Source: Chlorokybus atmophyticus
Taxonomy: Eukaryota > Plantae > Mesostigma and Chlorokybus algae
Assembly: GCA_009103225.1 (NCBI GenBank)
Contig: RHPI01003152.1
Coordinates: 1 to 9,504, forward strand
Length of the DNA stretch: 9,504 bases
Direction of reading: 5' to 3'
The position numbers were made by a program, and so were the translations under genes. Of the stretch, positions 5,966 to 9,504 are shown in pieces. The notes below the pieces were generated by a model. It searched no databases, was not told the DNA's origin, and saw nothing but the letters and a program-made list of their open reading frames with translations. The first letter of the stretch is position 1, and each line of letters opens with the position of its first letter.

Positions 5966-8900
5966 TCAATTTCTACAAAGCTGAAGTGGTGCAGGGTTTA
6001 TGTCAACAGGTCGTTGAGACGTAGGTTGCCCTGTGCAGTTCAGCCTCTTCATAAACACTTGTTCGGCAGATTCACCGCGCACACGTCCCTTCTCCAACTC
6101 CAGGTTCACGTAAGGATTTCTTTCATGACTGCACAGTGTGTAACCAAAATTGACATTGTGTTCTCAATGTCATGATAAATCTGAAGAGCATGAGCCAGCA
6201 CCGCGCTCTATCATCACCTGCAGATGGATGTGCGGAGGCTGTATCTGCCTGCAACCCACTTGTTGAAGTCGTTGATTTCCCCTTCTTTGCCGACACCACA
6301 TGTTGAGAAAGCTAGAAGGTCAGTTGCGCTGATCTCAGCAACACGCGCGGACACAGCAGCCCTGTCCACCTCCCTGAAATCTGCAAGAGCAGAAGAAACG
6401 ATCATTGTGATGCATCAAACGTGAGGTGCCAACGACAACCAAGTACTGTTCAGCAGAAACAGACACACAGATTCATGTGCGCACCTGATGGGATGCGGAC
6501 CACGCCGTCTTTAGCAGCAGTTGCAGCCAGCTGCAGCTTGACTTTGGAGTTACGCACATCATCGGGCACTTGAGGGTTGTCCAGAAACGAGTACTCTCTG
6601 AAATCCATGGGACCCGCTAGGTACCACGGCTCCAAGTCAAAGACATGGTCCATGGGGCAGATATACCTGCAAGCACATACGAAGTTGCACTGCGTTGATG
6701 AAGACAATGCTGCTTGCACGCACACACGCAGCGAGCATAGACTTTACGCTGGTGGCCACATAAGCATCTGCTGTAAATCTGGACGACTGCATGCAACCAA
6801 CAAAGTTGAGGTAAGACCATTACTAATACACTCAGTCACTTACGGCATTGGCATTGCTTGAGCAGCTGGCATGCGGCAGTCAGTGTTCATCCACCAATTG
6901 CGATCGCAATAGCACTTCAGCGGTGGCAAGACCAGAATGCGATTCAGGATATAAGAAAGGGCTAGCGCGTTCCTCAACACCGCTCTTTGAGCCACCTGCA
7001 CGAGAAGACAGGTGAACATGCATGCACCGCCCTGCACAAACAACTCGGCGCGAAGCTTGGCTCCACGCCTGCGCCGTACGAAGACTCACTGCATACACAC
7101 TTATAATTAATCATTAGCAGGCTGAGGTTCTCACCTGAACATCTATATGTGCCTGCGCAGGGTCCGGAAGATCCGCGGGCTCATCAAATTTGGATGGGAT
7201 AACTCGGGTGGGGTGCCAGCACGTCTTCTCGGCCGTGCCGGACGGATTGACAGGATTGGTTGCGAGTTCCTTTGGCTTGCATTCGTAAACACTGGGAGGG
7301 TAATGTCCTTTGAGCACAGCTTTAGCAACAACGTCATCAATGCCAACAACGTGAAGGAAGTTGCCTTCAGAGTAATACGTTTCCGAGTCAATCAGCCAAA
7401 GCCCTGTCTCCCGCAGCCTTTGGCGCTTGCCATACATGTAGCGTCCCGAGTCACCAAATTGGAAGGTGCAATGCACGTTCAACAAAGGCGCATCCATCCA
7501 CTTGTGTACGCGCTGGACAAAGTACGTGTGTCCATTGAGGAACGAGCTGGGTGGCAACACCCCAACAATCGCCTTCCCCTTCCACATGTGGTATACTTCC
7601 CTCCAGCCTTTGCTTCTGTGCACTTGATACGCCATTCGAGCGAGCGCACGTGACTCGTCGCGCCCCGGCCCGGGCTTCCCCACCCACTTGCTGAGGTCCA
7701 TTGGACGCCCATCTTCATATATGGCCTCGACTGGCAGAAGCCTGCGATGTCCACACAACACAAGTGGGCATACTGTAACAAGCCAACACACTCGTAGGTA
7801 TGTCTTTGCCCGGATTCACACGCATGGTTGCTTGAACGAAAGCTTACGGATACTCATCAAAGTTTTTGGTACAGGAAGCTTCACCGCAACCAAAATTCTC
7901 TTCGGTGTAGCCGCCTGCACAAAGCAGCATCGGTCAGGAGGCTGACCTTCAGCAATTGCCTCGCAACTGTGTCACAGCTGTACCAACCTCTCAACAAGCG
8001 ATTGAACGACTTCTGGTCGTGCCCATCTTTAATCACAAGCACACGATCCCGCCATTCAGTCACAAAGGCAACAGTCTGCTTGTTACTCCTGCGGAAGCAG
8101 CATCTCTCCCTCGATTGGCGACAACGTGGTAACAACTTGCACATTAATGAATGGATGCTTGCTGCCAACTAAGCACGCAGGTGGTGCTTATGGGCACAGC
8201 ATGGCATAAATAAACTGACCTAAGGAAGACCACACCAGTGTTGAACTCGGTGATGACAAGCTCGGGATCCCAGTCCTGTTCCATGTTGATGCAGTCCGAG
8301 GTGACAAGGATGTCAGCCTTAGCGAAAAGATGAGCCTCAGGACGGATCGGGACGCCTTTGCGGCCGAGAAACGGCCACGGGTCACCGAGCCACAACGCAT
8401 CCGCGTCGGTCAACAACACATCGTAACCGCGAAGGAGCAGTCTGCGCAGTATGTCCACTTTGATGGCTCCCATGCGCTTGAACTGCATGAAGTCTCTCCG
8501 CACGTACGCGCCATTCGAAGCGGTCCCGTTAACAACATCGCCGAGCGCCGAGATGGCCGGGAAGTCTTTCTCACGGCACACAGCCAGCAGTTCAGCATCC
8601 ATGCACACGACAACGTACGGCTTCAACCCTGGGATCTTCTGGACATGCAGCACCCAGTTCTCCACAAAGTCCGCAACGGCAATGCTCCCGAACACCATCG
8701 CAAGCGACGCGGGCGGCGGCGGCAACACTTTGCTCCATTCTTTATTGAGATTGGCAAACGTGCTGGGATCGTCTTCAGGAAACTGGACTGCAGAGTACAC
8801 AACATGACACTCAATGCGTGCCAGCTCAAAAGCAACAAGAACAGGGACAGTTAGCCAACACCTACCTATATCCGGCGCAGATGCCGTGGAGGTAGCCAAC

Positions 8901-9325
8901 TGCTTGTCAGCCAAGGAGCTCTCAAGCTGGGCAGTTCGCCTTCGAAGTGCGCTCACCTGCATCATTGGGCGGTACATCTTGTGTGCAGTTGCTGCAGTTG
9001 CTCACAACAGCTTGCAAGTCATTGCGTGCAAAGCTGGGCCTCGCCATTATCAAGTGCATGCGTGCTAGCTCAGCTGAGTTGACACAATGCAGAGTGCAAT
9101 AGAGCATATCGCATGGTCTCAACTCATTGCCCTGTCATGTCATCATAATATTTAACTCTAGCGCCCTCAAGCGTGCGCTCGCTGTGAGATGACACGACTA
9201 CCACATGTGTGACAATGCTCACAGTGTGCTCGCAGCAAAAGCTGGTTGCACAGAGCGCTACTACTGCCAGCAATATACCTCAGCTTGTAGGCTGTCCAGC
9301 TGTGCAGACACATCGTACACTGAGT
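5966..9325 (-). CDS. Nucleotide-diphospho-sugar transferase (GT77), XEG113-like arabinosyltransferase, 5' end outside or unresolved; exons 9325(or 9299)-9279, 8956-8866, 8787-8220, 8088-7988, 7914-7848, 7741-7135, 6995-6844, 6666-6485, 6380-6218, 6128-5966
   Basis: GT-AG introns join in frame (8956-5966 gives 697 aa + stop). Motifs: FGSIAVADFVENWV...MDAELL, DxD motif LLTDADALWLGDPW, EFNTGVVFLR, DQKSFN, LPPSSFLNGHTYFVQ, HCTFQF...GKRQRLRE, ALALSYILNRILVLPPLKCYCDR, ICPMDHVF, FREYSFLDNP, all paralleling Arabidopsis XEG113. The N-terminal membrane anchor expected for this family is not seen, so the gene probably extends past the window end. Last exon has splice and frame support but little recognisable homology. 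Confidence 0.9.
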
Positions 9326-9504
9326 CTGCACAATTCAGGGTGGCATCAGGGATTAATGACTGATGACACTGGTGTCAATGCAAGGTCTGACTGAAACATG
9401 CTTCTGCCCTTAGAAGTCAGCCACTTATTACCAAGTCTAATGCTCCACATGTGCACATGATTAACAGTGTATACTTATCCCGCGGGGCACCAGGCGCGCG
9501 CGGG

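Noticed and set aside
6151-6172. 8-bp hairpin TGACATTG-N6-CAATGTCA in an intron that starts with GTGATGA (C-box-like)
   Set aside because: No matching D box (CTGA) in the intron and the stem is short; insufficient for a snoRNA or MITE call.
7147-7687. Plus-strand ORFs 7147-7653 and 7451-7687, and 8330-8854
   Set aside because: Antisense to the large glycosyltransferase exons; explained as shadow frames.
1918-8956. Non-canonical (U12 or GC-AG) introns in RPA1 or the glycosyltransferase
   Set aside because: All introns needed for the models are ordinary GT-AG; no GTATCCTT/ATATCCTT donor seen.
1918-9325. Functional link between RPA1 and the glycosyltransferase
   Set aside because: Convergent neighbours with unrelated functions; adjacency alone is not evidence of a pathway in a eukaryote.
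9360-9394. CTGATGA followed by CTGA with a small TGACAC/GTGTCA hairpin
   Set aside because: Boxes only about 25 nt apart and antisense to the host transcript; too short for a C/D snoRNA.

Overview
Eukaryotic, intron-rich nuclear DNA from the green lineage, probably a green alga (inferred from plant-type RPA1B-like and XEG113-like proteins, roughly 50% GC background, mostly 65-180 nt GT-AG introns; no taxon can be assigned from the sequence alone). Three genes are well supported: (1) a bacterial-type cupin on the minus strand (core 1502-1137); (2) a complete 15-exon replication protein A large subunit gene RPA1 on the plus strand (1918-5045, 619 aa by manual splicing); (3) a 5'-truncated GT77/XEG113-like arabinosyltransferase on the minus strand (at least 9325-5966), convergent with RPA1. 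Cupin and RPA1 are head-to-head across a short promoter carrying E2F sites, three TTTGAA (CHR-type) motifs and a telo-box-like repeat. The most unusual signal is a fourth, unidentified spliced coding unit on the minus strand that begins right behind the cupin stop (candidate exons 1103-1066, 855-848, 774-639) with no obvious promoter of its own. This suggests the cupin is nested in its intron or 5' leader (shared first exon or bicistronic transcript); that model is inference and needs transcript data. No rRNA, tRNA, CRISPR array or mobile element was seen.
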